Part shown: in pieces, positions 22,678 to 33,080 of the stretch | Layout: every line of letters starts with the position of its first letter | Position numbering within the stretch: the stretch's first letter is position 1 | Assembly (NCBI GenBank): GCA_000002445.1 | Contig: CM000207.1 | Coordinates: forward strand, 480,001 to 544,000 | Direction: 5' to 3' | Length of the DNA: 64,000 bases | Source of the DNA: Trypanosoma brucei | Taxonomy: Eukaryota | Made by a program: the position numbers and the translations under genes | Notes under the pieces: generated by a model | The model's input: the letters and a program-made list of their open reading frames with translations, nothing else | Told to the model about the DNA's origin: nothing | Database searches by the model: none

Positions 22678-24244
22678 ATTTATATAGATATCTATGTATG
22701 TTTATCTATTTACTCTTTTTTTAAAAAAAATCTGTTAACTTTGTAATGTGTGATGTTTCCCCCCTCAACTTTTTTTTCGAACGCTTTGCAAAACCGGGAC
22801 TAAAAGATTATATAAAAAAGCTACACACACGACACGCACACGTCTGCGCGCGCGCAAATGCACAATACGAAAACGTGCTTTATGCGTGTACTTTGCAATG
22901 TGTTGCAACTAAAAGGAAAAAAAAGAGAGGTAGTAAGGGGAAGTACAGAGTGACAAGTAACACAGAAACTAGTATAGATTATACTCAATTGCATCTATGT
23001 GCGCAAACACTCGGTACTACCAATACGCAAATATATATATATATATATGAGCTGTGACTTCGTTTCTGCAAACAACGAAGTTGTCAGCATGCCATTATAC
23101 ACGACAGATAAAGAAATCAGAGAAAGAAAAGCAGAAATAAGGGTTAACAAATTGTTTGCTTCGCTTTCTCTTCACCGCCCTATTGAAGTTTTATTAATAT
23201 AATTATCTTTTTCCACGGGTTTCTCCCCCCCCCCAAAAAAAAAGGAAAAGGGGATTAAAAACACTCCTCCACCGTGGTGCAGCCACCGCACAAAAATATC
23301 TCCATCGCACAGCATTGCTTAAGTTGTTAAGAAGAAATTATTTGGTACTCCACAGTAATGAGTGGCCACACGGGGTTTTCATCCTTACATACAGTCTACA
23401 TTTGCATTTTTGGTTAGCGGAGCACCTAAACTCAGCATTTAAGAGAAGGCTGTTCAAATACGCTTAAGTGTGCATACATGTGTATCGGATTTGCACTCTG
23501 TTGAACAAACAAAAGGGGTAAAAACTCTCGAAAAGACGAAGCAAATGCGGATTTGAAACACAAGTTCTGCAGGCATTATAAAACATTCAGTGTGGTGTTG
23601 TGGTTTCGCTCCCTACCACATCCGTCATGTTAGTCGAGCGTACGCTAAAACCCTCAGCAACGCTGGAGGCGTAAATCAGTAAAATAAGTGGAAGAAAATC
23701 CAACATGAAGTCCCGGAGAAGAAGCATTGATCGGTAACGAAGATAGAAAGAGAGAGAAAAAAATGCTTTAGGAAGACAAAAAACAAAAAGAAAAAATAGC
23801 CTTCTATTTTCGTTTATTTTTACCGATACGTTTTCTAGCGGTACTTCCAACTCCCGCCACATTCCTTTTTTTTAAAAAAAGTCTTATATAGCACAGTATG
23901 AATAAGCGACTCGGTTGGTCGGAGGCCCTGGGAAAATGAAGGCAGCGTGGGGGAAACTTTGTTGGAAATAGCGCCCCAAAAGAAGTTTAACAAAAAATAA
24001 CGCACATGTATTTGGTCGCTTATCCGCAACTGGAAGTCATGCGCGGGAGTTCACACAACCATGTGGTGAGGTTTAACACGTATTAACAAATAAACAAATC
24101 CAAGTACCTATTCGTTGATGAGTACACGTAAAGACGATACAGCGGAGCTGACTGACACAAGACGGTACTTCTGACTATTTTTTATAAGCCGAAACATCAT
24201 TCAAGAGCAAATCTCCACGTTTGTTAGCCAAAGTGCTTCACCCC

Positions 24245-25348
24245 TCAGCGGCGCCGCCACACGGTGCAATGAGCAACCCCCAACTGGTAGCGACGAACAT
24301 GATCACGAATAAGAAATGCCTCATCTGTTTCACTGAGAAGATCAAAGTTCGCTCCCAATATTTCCTTCACCAATATTTCACTCGTTGACCCTTCTGCCCT
24401 TCCACCAACCCACGTATCCCGCTCCTCTACCGAACCCTCCCATGAATATGGTGAGGAGATCACGAGGATGCCACCAGAAACGAGCAGCAGCGGCAGCATA
24501 TCCAACAGCTTGCGAGGGTTGGGAACGCGACAGAGCAGATTCGCAACAAGCACAGCGTCAAAGCGCTCTCCTGAAGGAACACGGTACCATGAAGTTATAT
24601 CTTCATCATTTGTATCACCATGGTGGACGGGAGGCACAATATGACCTCTGCCATCATCGCCATCCGAATCAAGAAGATTCATTGCGTCGCCCCGATAGAA
24701 ACGGCACCGTTGAGGAACCGCCCCATCCGGTAGACATGCAGTGCGCTCCACTGTAATATCACCCTGCAAAGGGGCCTCATATTTGATTGGCTGTATGTTT
24801 GGGTTCAGCGCGCTTTGCACGACATTTCTCGCCATTTTGATGAATGCCACAGAGTAATCAATCCCGACAACCCGGCTGAAATATTTACTCATCTCCAGAG
24901 AGGAAGCACCAACCGCACACCCCAAATCAAGAGCACGTCTTTCCTTTCCATCATTAGCAGGCACAAATTCATGAAACTTGCGAGCGACTCGGATGGGATA
25001 ATCAAAGCTCTCAGATATCATACGAAGGTTTTGCGCAAAGCTTTCCGACGAGAGGGTGTAGTGAAACTCCATGTATTGCCGCACACTTGCATCACTTTCG
25101 TAAACGTTCGCCGGTTCTGAGGGACGACAGAGCGCCCAATGGGGAAACCACTTTCCAAAAAACCCAAACAGTTTACGAAGCACCCAAACCCCATCCGTCC
25201 AAGATAGGAACTTGTAGCGACAGCGCAGGAAGTGATCAAAAACGTCACGAAAGGCATATGTCGCTGCGGAGGAAACGACAGCCGTAAAAATGACACTACC
25301 CACTAAACATCTCGTCTCGGGAGCGGTACATTTGCACAACGCCAGCAT
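24245..25348 (-). CDS. S-adenosylmethionine-dependent methyltransferase (class I) domain protein, 367 aa
   Basis: Motif I LDLGCAVGASS is present, followed by motif II/III-like RFDAVLVANLL and a post-I acidic residue. Confidence 0.7.
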   Translation of the reverse strand: MLALCKCTAPETRCLVGSVIFTAVVSSAATYAFRDVFDHFLRCRYKFLSWTDGVWVLRKLFGFFGKWFPHWALCRPSEPANVYESDASVRQYMEFHYTLSSESFAQNLRMISESFDYPIRVARKFHEFVPANDGKERRALDLGCAVGASSLEMSKYFSRVVGIDYSVAFIKMARNVVQSALNPNIQPIKYEAPLQGDITVERTACLPDGAVPQRCRFYRGDAMNLLDSDGDDGRGHIVPPVHHGDTNDEDITSWYRVPSGERFDAVLVANLLCRVPNPRKLLDMLPLLLVSGGILVISSPYSWEGSVEERDTWVGGRAEGSTSEILVKEILGANFDLLSETDEAFLIRDHVRRYQLGVAHCTVWRRR

Positions 25349-25462
25349 AACACAATAAGTTTGGAACCAATGAAAATAAAACTAGAAAATTCAACCTCAC
25401 TGTACGTGCAGTCAAGGAAGAAAAAGCAGGAAAACTGAGCACGGCATCACATTATTCACAAG

Positions 25463-25829
25463 TAGACACCGAAAAAAAAAAAGCAGTATAGAATACACGA
25501 CCCATAAGGCATCATTCAAAGGGGTTGTCAGATTGCTGAAAAAGGGAAATGAAGAGAAAATAATATAACATGGATATACACACAAAACAACAACAACATT
25601 AAAAACACCACAAAGGCCGAATCGAACGGCTGCGAGTCCAACTCGCCTACGGGTTTGAAGCCCGCACCCAGCACCAGCTGAGCTCATCGTGGCGCAACTT
25701 TTTCTTCCATCATCGGATTGAAATTCCATACTCGTGTCATACAGTCGCGTTTTGGGTGGTGACAAGTAACATTTCTCCTTCTCATTCCTTTAAATCCTTT
25801 TTCTTCATCTTTTAGTTGCAAGAAAAAAA
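25463..25829. repeat. 367-bp direct repeat, copy 1 (identical to 29300-29666), carrying tRNA-Sec
   Basis: The two copies are read as identical in the sequence at a 3837-bp offset. The flanks diverge at both ends. Confidence 0.9.
25606..25693 (-). tRNA. tRNA-Sec (anticodon UCA), copy 1, 88 nt
   Basis: Folded by hand as follows. The acceptor stem is 9 bp, GCCACGAUG paired with CUUUGUGGU, with a G73 discriminator. The D-stem is 6 bp (CUCAGC/GCUGGG) with a 4-nt loop. The anticodon stem is 6 bp (UGCGGG/CCCGUA) with loop CUUCAAA, giving anticodon UCA. The variable arm is a long 6-bp stem (GCGAGU/ACUCGC). The T-stem is 4 bp (GCCG/CGGC) with loop UUCGAUU. This is the 9/4 structure characteristic of eukaryotic tRNA-Sec. 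Confidence 0.8.
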
Positions 25830-26181
25830 CAATAGGTTGGAAGAAAACAACAGAAGAGACAATACTTTGGTTGCGTGGAAGTTAGAGTGACTTGTCAAAG
25901 AAAAAATAAGCGTACCACTGGCCAATGGCCCTCCGGCGCGTAGCGGATACCACATCCGCAACACATGCTTATGCCAAGGGATCGTTAGCAGTATCAACAA
26001 TGGAACAGAAGGAAAGCAAATGAGTATATAAAGTAAAGAAGAAAAAAACAGTGGAGATGCGCCACCTCTGCCAGCTTGCACCTCTAAGGACTATGAGAGA
26101 GAAAGAGGGGAAAAGCGTCAGTGCGAAGAGTGGCTAAGCAAAACGCAGCAGAAGTTATAACTGTGAATAAAAATCGTGCCA

Positions 26182-29100
26182 TCACCACCTACGGTGGGCA
26201 CTGCATCGATAGACTGAGGAAGAACACTGAGACACGGCACGAGCACGCGGCCGTGATTGAAGAATTAAGGCACCCTCCGTTCTGAAACATATATCTGACA
26301 CAAGTTTGTTGACTCGAGCCCGGATTTCCGTACCGTCATCAAGCGTCTCCCTCATAAATTGAGCACATTCACAAGGTGATGGGACTGGGCTTACACACAG
26401 CCACCGTGTGATACGATTTGGTGGGATTGCCCAATGCTGTGCACATTCTTTTATCTCCTCCTCTTCCTTGTGAAGAAGCCTAAACTCTGCATCGTCAAGT
26501 GCTTCCAGCCACTTGTCCATACACCCCTCCAGTTTGGTTGTTGAAGGTCCCACATCCCCAATATGGTTATCATAAGGAACATCTTCACAATCGGTAGTTG
26601 TCGCATCACCGTGCTGAGAGCGACGATGCGCATCCACGAGGTTCGCCCGCCAGTGCATGAAAACGGTATGAACATCACCTGTGATTGTTGTAATGCGATT
26701 CGGCGGAGCGGGAGACGGTATGGCCAACGGCACAGCAGAGACATACTCAACAATAAAACACCGCTCCCCGGCACCGGCGAAATAGTTGTGGCTCCAGCTC
26801 ACCCACGGTAAGGGACTCAACGTGTTGCCACACGCCGTCGCGGTATCGGTTTCCCCGTCAAGGCGATCCTCCAACCACGTGTTGACAGCCGAAACCAACA
26901 TCTCCATTGCGCAGTGTGCAGCTTCCTCCTCGTCCAGAATGTCCTCGTCGTCCTCGATAAGAGAGGGCAGGTAGACCTTATCGACGCGTGCGCTAGCACT
27001 CAGTCTTAATTGTGAATGGATGAAGAAATTGGTGTTCAGGCCGCGTGCTTCTAGCTCTTCGAGCAGTGGCCCGTTGTCGCCAACAGTCTGGAAAGCAATG
27101 TCATATTCTTGCATCTGTAAGAAAACCCGCTCTACAAAACACAAGGTCTTCGGCATGTACATCGGTAGCTTCCGATGGCTTTCATGGTCAGTAGTGCTTT
27201 GCACAGAAACGATGGGATCGACTGGTGTGTCGTACGCACGCAAGTTGCCTAGCGCTGTGAGGATATGTTCAAGAAGTGAAGTGGTTTGGGCGTTCCCCCG
27301 CCGCTCCAGCATATCTCCAGAAACATCGACGCTCCACCAGTGAACGACGTTATGGGGGAGGTAACGCCCATTATCTATTGGTAGAACACTTGGTGTCATG
27401 GTGCGACCTAGTAACGCCGCCTCTTCCTCATCTTCCTCCTCTTCCTCATCGCTGTCACCCAAGCACACGTCCAACAGCACATCTTCTTTTCCCTCGACAA
27501 TGCGCTTAACAGAGGCTTCCACCGACTTCTCCCACCATGGCATGCGTAAAGAAAAAATGGGGGACTCAAGAAGCAATTTCTTGGCAGTAGGTCGTTCCGC
27601 CGGGTCTACTGCCATCATCCTGTCAATGCAATGCAAGAACTCTGCCGAAAGATTTCGTGCCCGCAGTGCCCTTGCCATTAGCTGAACACTTGGTGTGAGA
27701 ACCCATGGAGGCCACTGAGTTGTGCTTGTCACTCCCTCCTTTGTTTCATCCCCACTCAAGGAGGTATACCGGGTGTACTGTGTGCCACTGATGCGGTCGG
27801 TAGCGATGATGTTACCATCCTCTTTGTCCACCCCTACGCTGTGCTCACCACAAATACTCTCCTCGTGGCACCCGCGTCGAGCAGCAAGCTCCCGTATAGA
27901 GATTTGAAGCGCCTTGTCGTCTACAAGTGGAATCACCGCCAGTGTTGCCAGCGGTGGGTAGTCACCTCGCGCAACCCAAAGACGTGCTGCAACTGTGGCA
28001 TTACTTTCGGACTCCGTTGGTGACATAAAGGATGGAATCATACCGTTAAAAGTAACTGTCAACATGCCCTCATCCATTCCTAGACCCCCTCCAGTTAGAA
28101 ACACGTAGAAAAGCGCAGCTGCACTCCAAATATCAGACGCGTACGAGTACGGGCACCGGTGCCGATATCCCCAATATCGCGCAATTTCCGGCGGTAAGTA
28201 GGCGCAAGATCCAACCACTGTACGCTCAGTTTGGGAGTCCGAATCTGTTACCTTAGTTGCAATACCGAAGTCAGCAAGGATCAACTCGACGTTGCTTTCC
28301 CAGTTGGTGGGGGAGACCCTGTTGCGGAGGAGTATGTTGGATGGTTTGATGTCTCTGTGCAGTAACCCGTTTCCGTGCAAGCACGCGAGCCCGCTTAGTA
28401 TCTGTGACATCCAGCATACGAGATGTTCCTCAGCTATGTAAGAGCCATACAGTTTGAGCAGTTCCCCGAAGGTGCCGCCGATCCCCACCTCAACGACCAT
28501 GTGCACGGAAGTCGGTGCTGCCACTGTGCGAGGAGATGATGTTGGCATACAGTCGGTACCGTATAATGGATCGTGTTCCACAAAAACACCATAAAAACGT
28601 TCGAGCCGGGGATGTCGAGGAAGCGTGGCAATGACTTGGGCTTCACGTAAAAGGTTGCACAACATGGGGCAGTGGTTTAACACTGCACAACCAACACCAC
28701 TTGGTGTCAGGTGCAATTCATTCATTGCACCTTCACGACCGCAAACACTCGATAGCAGCATGATCGGAGAAGGAAGTTGCGTGAAACTTTTCGCAGCAAA
28801 GAAACGAGTGGGCCGTAGACGGCTCTGCAACACGGTCACAGAGCTAAAGCTCCCGGTGCCTAACTTCAAAACAGTGTTAAAAAGGCAATCGATGGAATAA
28901 CTGCTGTTGAAGATGATACCGTCAATGTCGTCTCCCTCACCCCAATCACCAGTGGCTTCCCCACACGAGGCACAAGCGTGTTGTCCAGACCGAAAACCAC
29001 TGCTTCCCCCGGATAGCAGGCGATCCACGGGGTACTCGTGCAGTGACGATTTTGAACCCGAGCCCAATAGTGGAAAACGCAACCCCCCATTGGGTCCAAC

Positions 29101-29196
29101 CGTTCGCTTTACGAGATCATCACACCAGGAGAGGGGGACACCATCAAGAATATGCGAGGGAGGGAACAAAATGTTGACAGTCAGATACTCCTCCAT
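26182..29196 (-). CDS. Ser/Thr protein kinase with long C-terminal extension (1004 aa)
   Basis: Motifs include the Gly-loop LGTGSFSSV, a β3 Lys in FFAAKSF, HRDIKPSNILL, DFGIATKV, and a PPE (APE-like) motif. The C-terminus has about 550 aa with acidic runs. Confidence 0.8.
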   Translation of the reverse strand: MEEYLTVNILFPPSHILDGVPLSWCDDLVKRTVGPNGGLRFPLLGSGSKSSLHEYPVDRLLSGGSSGFRSGQHACASCGEATGDWGEGDDIDGIIFNSSYSIDCLFNTVLKLGTGSFSSVTVLQSRLRPTRFFAAKSFTQLPSPIMLLSSVCGREGAMNELHLTPSGVGCAVLNHCPMLCNLLREAQVIATLPRHPRLERFYGVFVEHDPLYGTDCMPTSSPRTVAAPTSVHMVVEVGIGGTFGELLKLYGSYIAEEHLVCWMSQILSGLACLHGNGLLHRDIKPSNILLRNRVSPTNWESNVELILADFGIATKVTDSDSQTERTVVGSCAYLPPEIARYWGYRHRCPYSYASDIWSAAALFYVFLTGGGLGMDEGMLTVTFNGMIPSFMSPTESESNATVAARLWVARGDYPPLATLAVIPLVDDKALQISIRELAARRGCHEESICGEHSVGVDKEDGNIIATDRISGTQYTRYTSLSGDETKEGVTSTTQWPPWVLTPSVQLMARALRARNLSAEFLHCIDRMMAVDPAERPTAKKLLLESPIFSLRMPWWEKSVEASVKRIVEGKEDVLLDVCLGDSDEEEEEDEEEAALLGRTMTPSVLPIDNGRYLPHNVVHWWSVDVSGDMLERRGNAQTTSLLEHILTALGNLRAYDTPVDPIVSVQSTTDHESHRKLPMYMPKTLCFVERVFLQMQEYDIAFQTVGDNGPLLEELEARGLNTNFFIHSQLRLSASARVDKVYLPSLIEDDEDILDEEEAAHCAMEMLVSAVNTWLEDRLDGETDTATACGNTLSPLPWVSWSHNYFAGAGERCFIVEYVSAVPLAIPSPAPPNRITTITGDVHTVFMHWRANLVDAHRRSQHGDATTTDCEDVPYDNHIGDVGPSTTKLEGCMDKWLEALDDAEFRLLHKEEEEIKECAQHWAIPPNRITRWLCVSPVPSPCECAQFMRETLDDGTEIRARVNKLVSDICFRTEGALILQSRPRARAVSQCSSSVYRCSAHRRW

Positions 29197-29208
29197 GTAC
29201 AGAAATTG

Positions 29209-29246
29209 CTACGTGAAGGGGGTAAAGGGGAAAAAAAAACGAGAGG
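29209..29246 (-). promoter_or_regulatory. putative polypyrimidine tract plus AG trans-splice acceptor upstream of the kinase ATG
   Basis: The minus strand reads CTCTCGTTTTTTTTTCCCCTTTACCCCCTTCAC, then GTAG, 13 nt before the ATG. This is the typical kinetoplastid SL-addition signal. Confidence 0.4.
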
Positions 29247-29299
29247 TTTCGGTGGTAGCGAATTCTTAATAGTGTGGTGTTGTACAATGAGATTAAAAA

Positions 29300-29666
29300 T
29301 AGACACCGAAAAAAAAAAAGCAGTATAGAATACACGACCCATAAGGCATCATTCAAAGGGGTTGTCAGATTGCTGAAAAAGGGAAATGAAGAGAAAATAA
29401 TATAACATGGATATACACACAAAACAACAACAACATTAAAAACACCACAAAGGCCGAATCGAACGGCTGCGAGTCCAACTCGCCTACGGGTTTGAAGCCC
29501 GCACCCAGCACCAGCTGAGCTCATCGTGGCGCAACTTTTTCTTCCATCATCGGATTGAAATTCCATACTCGTGTCATACAGTCGCGTTTTGGGTGGTGAC
29601 AAGTAACATTTCTCCTTCTCATTCCTTTAAATCCTTTTTCTTCATCTTTTAGTTGCAAGAACAGGT
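29300..29666. repeat. 367-bp direct repeat, copy 2, carrying tRNA-Sec
   Basis: Identical to 25463-25829. Confidence 0.9.
29443..29530 (-). tRNA. tRNA-Sec (anticodon UCA), copy 2
   Basis: The sequence is identical to copy 1 at offset +3837. Confidence 0.8.
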
Positions 29667-29839
29667 TGAGGCATGATAGCGTGTTGTACTGTATCCCACG
29701 TTCCGTCTAATGTGAAAAGAACAAATGTAAGAGTGCCTCGCAGAGAACTCATGGCACGGTCATACTCGTTGCCTTTGATGAATCATACATGAGTGTACCC
29801 TTTTGTACATTAATTTATTTTTTTTTCTAAGCGGGTATC

Positions 29840-29965
29840 TCATCCCTCAAGTGAAGTTACTAAAAGTTGCTTGGGTGTGAACTCAGTTTCGAGATGACTG
29901 AGAATCCAACTTGGCATACGGTGGCCACGGAGCGATGAGGCACATTCACCATCTGTGGACCCCAT
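29840..29965 (-). pseudogene. 5' fragment (41 codons) of a paralogue of the 32261..32845 gene family
   Basis: The first 28 codons (MGSTDGECASSLRGHRMPSWILSHLETE) are identical to the start of the 32261..32845 gene. The sequence then diverges and reaches a stop after 13 more codons. It lies inside the 320-bp repeat. Confidence 0.6.
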
Positions 29966-30200
29966 CCCTTCAAGAGTTTCGTAGGACTGTATATATGGGT
30001 CACTTAAATACGACCTCTACGAAAACAACTTGGACACGGGACAAAACAAAAAACAAAGAGCAAAGAAAGAAAGAAAGAGGAGAACCAAGAGGGAAAAGGA
30101 GCGGGTGAATGAAGTGATGGATTGATTGAATTGAAGGATGACAGCAAACACGCAATAATAGTGAGTGCGCCATACAACAAAATGAAGAAATTGAGAAGAG
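29881..30200. repeat. About 320-bp direct repeat, roughly 98% identical to 32761-33080
   Basis: The identical 65-aa plus ORFs 29911..30108 and 32791..32988 are side-effects of this repeat. The repeat contains the 5' UTR and first 28 codons of the family gene. Confidence 0.85.
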
Positions 30201-30836
30201 GGATGGTGGGAGGAAAAAAGAAAAGAACGTTTTCATTCAATAGTCAACGAAAAGGCCAACAGAAAATGGAAGGGATTCGGAGTCACTTTTCTCGCACCGC
30301 CTCCCATACCGCTGGAACGGTTCAATTACGAAGGGCAGCGGTAACACGAGGAAAAAGCAGGTGGAAAGAAAAACATTTTTGACCGCTCATAGCGCTAAGA
30401 AAAAAAAAAAGTGACCTCTCCAACAAGCTGCAAACCCCCACAACCGACAGGGGTAGTCACTGCAATGCCCTCCCTTCCCCCCCCCCCCAGGAACACGCTT
30501 ACATTTGCTTTGCTTTTCGTTTCTTTTTGATAGGTATGTCATCGATGCTGTACCTGACGCTATATTTGCACTACTAATACGTATACAAAAATACATACAT
30601 ACTCATTTACTTATAGTTAGTTGCACCATTTTGGCACTTGAAAAGCCACTCCCTCGACCGTTAATGCCAGCACAGAAGGTGCATAATGTATGTGTAAAAT
30701 AGTACCTTATAAAACAAATACGAAAACACGCGCGCGCGAGTAAAGGCAAAGGAGTTAGGGTGCGATGCTGTACGAGGAAGCACCACTCTATTTCTTTAAC
30801 TTTTTCCTCTAGTTCCCGGAAAGAACAGTGCTCGAA

Positions 30837-31433
30837 TTATTTCCGTGGATAAAGGGCAACGGTACGCCAGAAATTGTACACCTTCAGCTGGTTGTGGAAC
30901 CGGCTTTCCTCACTGGGATCGTGAGAATGATCCAAAACAAATGTAACCACAAGTCGATCGGTGAATTTCATCTTCATCTGGCCAATGCGCTCCGATGAAA
31001 TGCCGCAACAGGCAGCCACATCTTCCTTGATGGCTCGCTCCAGAGCCACAGACATATTAGAGAGAGCTTGCGACCAACGTGCCCCGCGGAACCGGATCGT
31101 GTGGGTAACGGCCGTTCTCCCGGCAACTGGTTGAAGAGACCGTACGGAAACGTTTGTACCCGATTCACGACGAGAAGTACTGCGGTTATCAAAAGAGAAA
31201 ATCCTGTCGCCACCACTCCTGGAAGAAACTCTCTCGGTATAGTTGTTGTACACCGCTCCCTGCTTTTCCCCATTCGATCCAGAAAAGGAAGCCTTGCGAG
31301 GATTCATGCCATCCGCTGTGAGAGGAGGGGCAACGTGACCTCTGTTTACAGACGCCCGGCGGTTGGCGACCCAATCCGGCATACGATGAACAACCTCTCG
31401 TTGGCTATAGTTAACACCGTTCTGTGTTGTCAT
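30837..31433 (-). CDS. hypothetical protein, family member A (198 aa)
   Basis: Shares an N-terminal HRMPDWVANRR motif and a C-terminal THTIRFRGARW...AIKEDVAACCG...VVTFVLDHSHD region with the ORFs at 32261..32845 and 33726..34358. Confidence 0.6.
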   Translation of the reverse strand: MTTQNGVNYSQREVVHRMPDWVANRRASVNRGHVAPPLTADGMNPRKASFSGSNGEKQGAVYNNYTERVSSRSGGDRIFSFDNRSTSRRESGTNVSVRSLQPVAGRTAVTHTIRFRGARWSQALSNMSVALERAIKEDVAACCGISSERIGQMKMKFTDRLVVTFVLDHSHDPSEESRFHNQLKVYNFWRTVALYPRK

Positions 31434-32260
31434 TTTTCGTCACTTGGGGGCAAACCTTGATGTTAGCTGCACGTGTATGACGACGGAACGTTACACACAG
31501 AGTATGAGAGGAAGGGAATAAGAAGGGATATGAGAAGTCACGGAAACACGAACTACAATGGAATTCAACTACTTTCAGCGACCGTGCGACGTGGCAAGCA
31601 AAGAAATAATTTAATGAAAGGATACATTAACAAATATGTTGAAATGCAGCAGTTGGCCACCCCGCAATGACGTTTGTAAACCGTCAGAGAGTAACGAGTG
31701 TCCTATGACCAAATACGCGAGGAGACATTTAACTCCCCTACTTTACGGCGATCGGGAAGAGCAATCAGACCCCATTGTGTCTTATATCTTGATGCTCACT
31801 TCCCTCGCCCCAATACAACGGACAAATTAACCCCTTGGATAATAATGGCATCCTTTACGCAGCACAGAGGGGAGGAGGAGAGAAAAAAAGAGGAAAACGT
31901 CAAACGTTGCTGGGTTACCAGAGATATAGAAATGTGCCCTTCCCCCACTTCTATATTCCCTAACCCCCTGAATGTCAATAACTGTATAAAACACTGGGAG
32001 GTCGGCACTCACAATATTTTCTTTACTTCACTTTCTCCTTTTTCCCCACTTAAAAATACATTCCTTCATGTGGTAGGAATGTATTTGTGTAGACACATTC
32101 TAAAGAAGCGAAACAAGGAAAAAGCTTTTCCATTACGCGTAAGTGTTTTTTTTTTCGTTTGCCTTCCTATACATGGTCGTCACTGTAAAATAACAATCAA
32201 ACAGCAAAAAAGGTACCTATGTATGACAATTGGTGCCCCCCCCAAAAAAAGTGTATACTT

Positions 32261-32845
32261 TCATCTTAGCAAATAGAGCGATGAAGTTCTCGGAAATTTG
32301 CATACTTTCAAGCGGGCATGGAAGGGCCGCTCCCCGCCATCATCATGCGAGTGGTCGACAATGAATGTTACCACAAGAATATCAGTAAGTTTCAGCTCCA
32401 GCTGAAGAATACGACCAATATCGAGTCCACATCCCTCGCTAATATCCTCCTTGACGGCCTGCGCCACGAGATCCTTTTTCTCTTCTATCAAATTTGCCCA
32501 ATCCGACATGCGAAACCGAATAGTATGTCTGGCAATTCGGTGCCCATTACCTGGTACGGCTGATTGTACAGACACGGAGGGCCTAGAACTACGACAGGAA
32601 TCGGCGCATTCTTCTTCTACAGGCATCACGATCTTTTCCTTTGGAGGTGCCTTCTTTAATATTTTAAGACCTTGCGGGAATCTTTTCTTCAGCACGGTGA
32701 CAGGAACACTTGGAGGGGCCTTCTCCTCTTCGACCAGTGGCGTATCATTCAGGCACTTGGACTCAGTTTCGAGATGACTGAGAATCCAACTTGGCATACG
32801 GTGGCCACGGAGCGATGAGGCACATTCACCATCTGTGGACCCCAT
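32261..32845 (-). CDS. hypothetical protein, family member B (194 aa)
   Basis: Contains RMPSWILSH, RHTIRFRMSDW, AVKEDISEGCG and VVTFIVDHSHDD, which are paralogous to member A. Confidence 0.6.
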   Translation of the reverse strand: MGSTDGECASSLRGHRMPSWILSHLETESKCLNDTPLVEEEKAPPSVPVTVLKKRFPQGLKILKKAPPKEKIVMPVEEECADSCRSSRPSVSVQSAVPGNGHRIARHTIRFRMSDWANLIEEKKDLVAQAVKEDISEGCGLDIGRILQLELKLTDILVVTFIVDHSHDDGGERPFHARLKVCKFPRTSSLYLLR

Positions 32846-33080
32846 CCCTTCAAGAGTTTCGTAGGACTGTATATATGGGTCACTTAAATACGACCTCTAC
32901 GAAAACAACTTGGACACGGGACAAAACAAAAAACAAAGAGCAAAGAAAGAAAGAAAGAGGAGAACCAAGAGGGAAAAGGAGCGGGTGAATGAAGTGATGA
33001 ATTGATTGAATTGAAGGATGACAGCAAACACGCAATAATAGTGAGTGCAGCATACAACAAAATGAATAAATTGAGAAGGG
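32761..33080. repeat. About 320-bp direct repeat, copy 2 (see 29881-30200)
   Basis: Read directly from the sequence. Confidence 0.85.

Noticed and set aside
25412-25765. A 117-aa minus ORF, together with its 152-aa twin at 29144..29602
   Set aside because: They overlap the tRNA-Sec gene and the 367-bp repeat. The two are identical only within the repeat and diverge immediately outside. They are Phe/Leu-rich translations of poly-purine spacer and are spurious.
29911-30108. Identical 65-aa plus ORFs at 29911..30108 and 32791..32988
   Set aside because: They lie inside the 320-bp direct repeat and are antisense to the 5' end of the family gene or pseudogene. They translate a purine-rich low-complexity tract (KNKEQRKKERGE).
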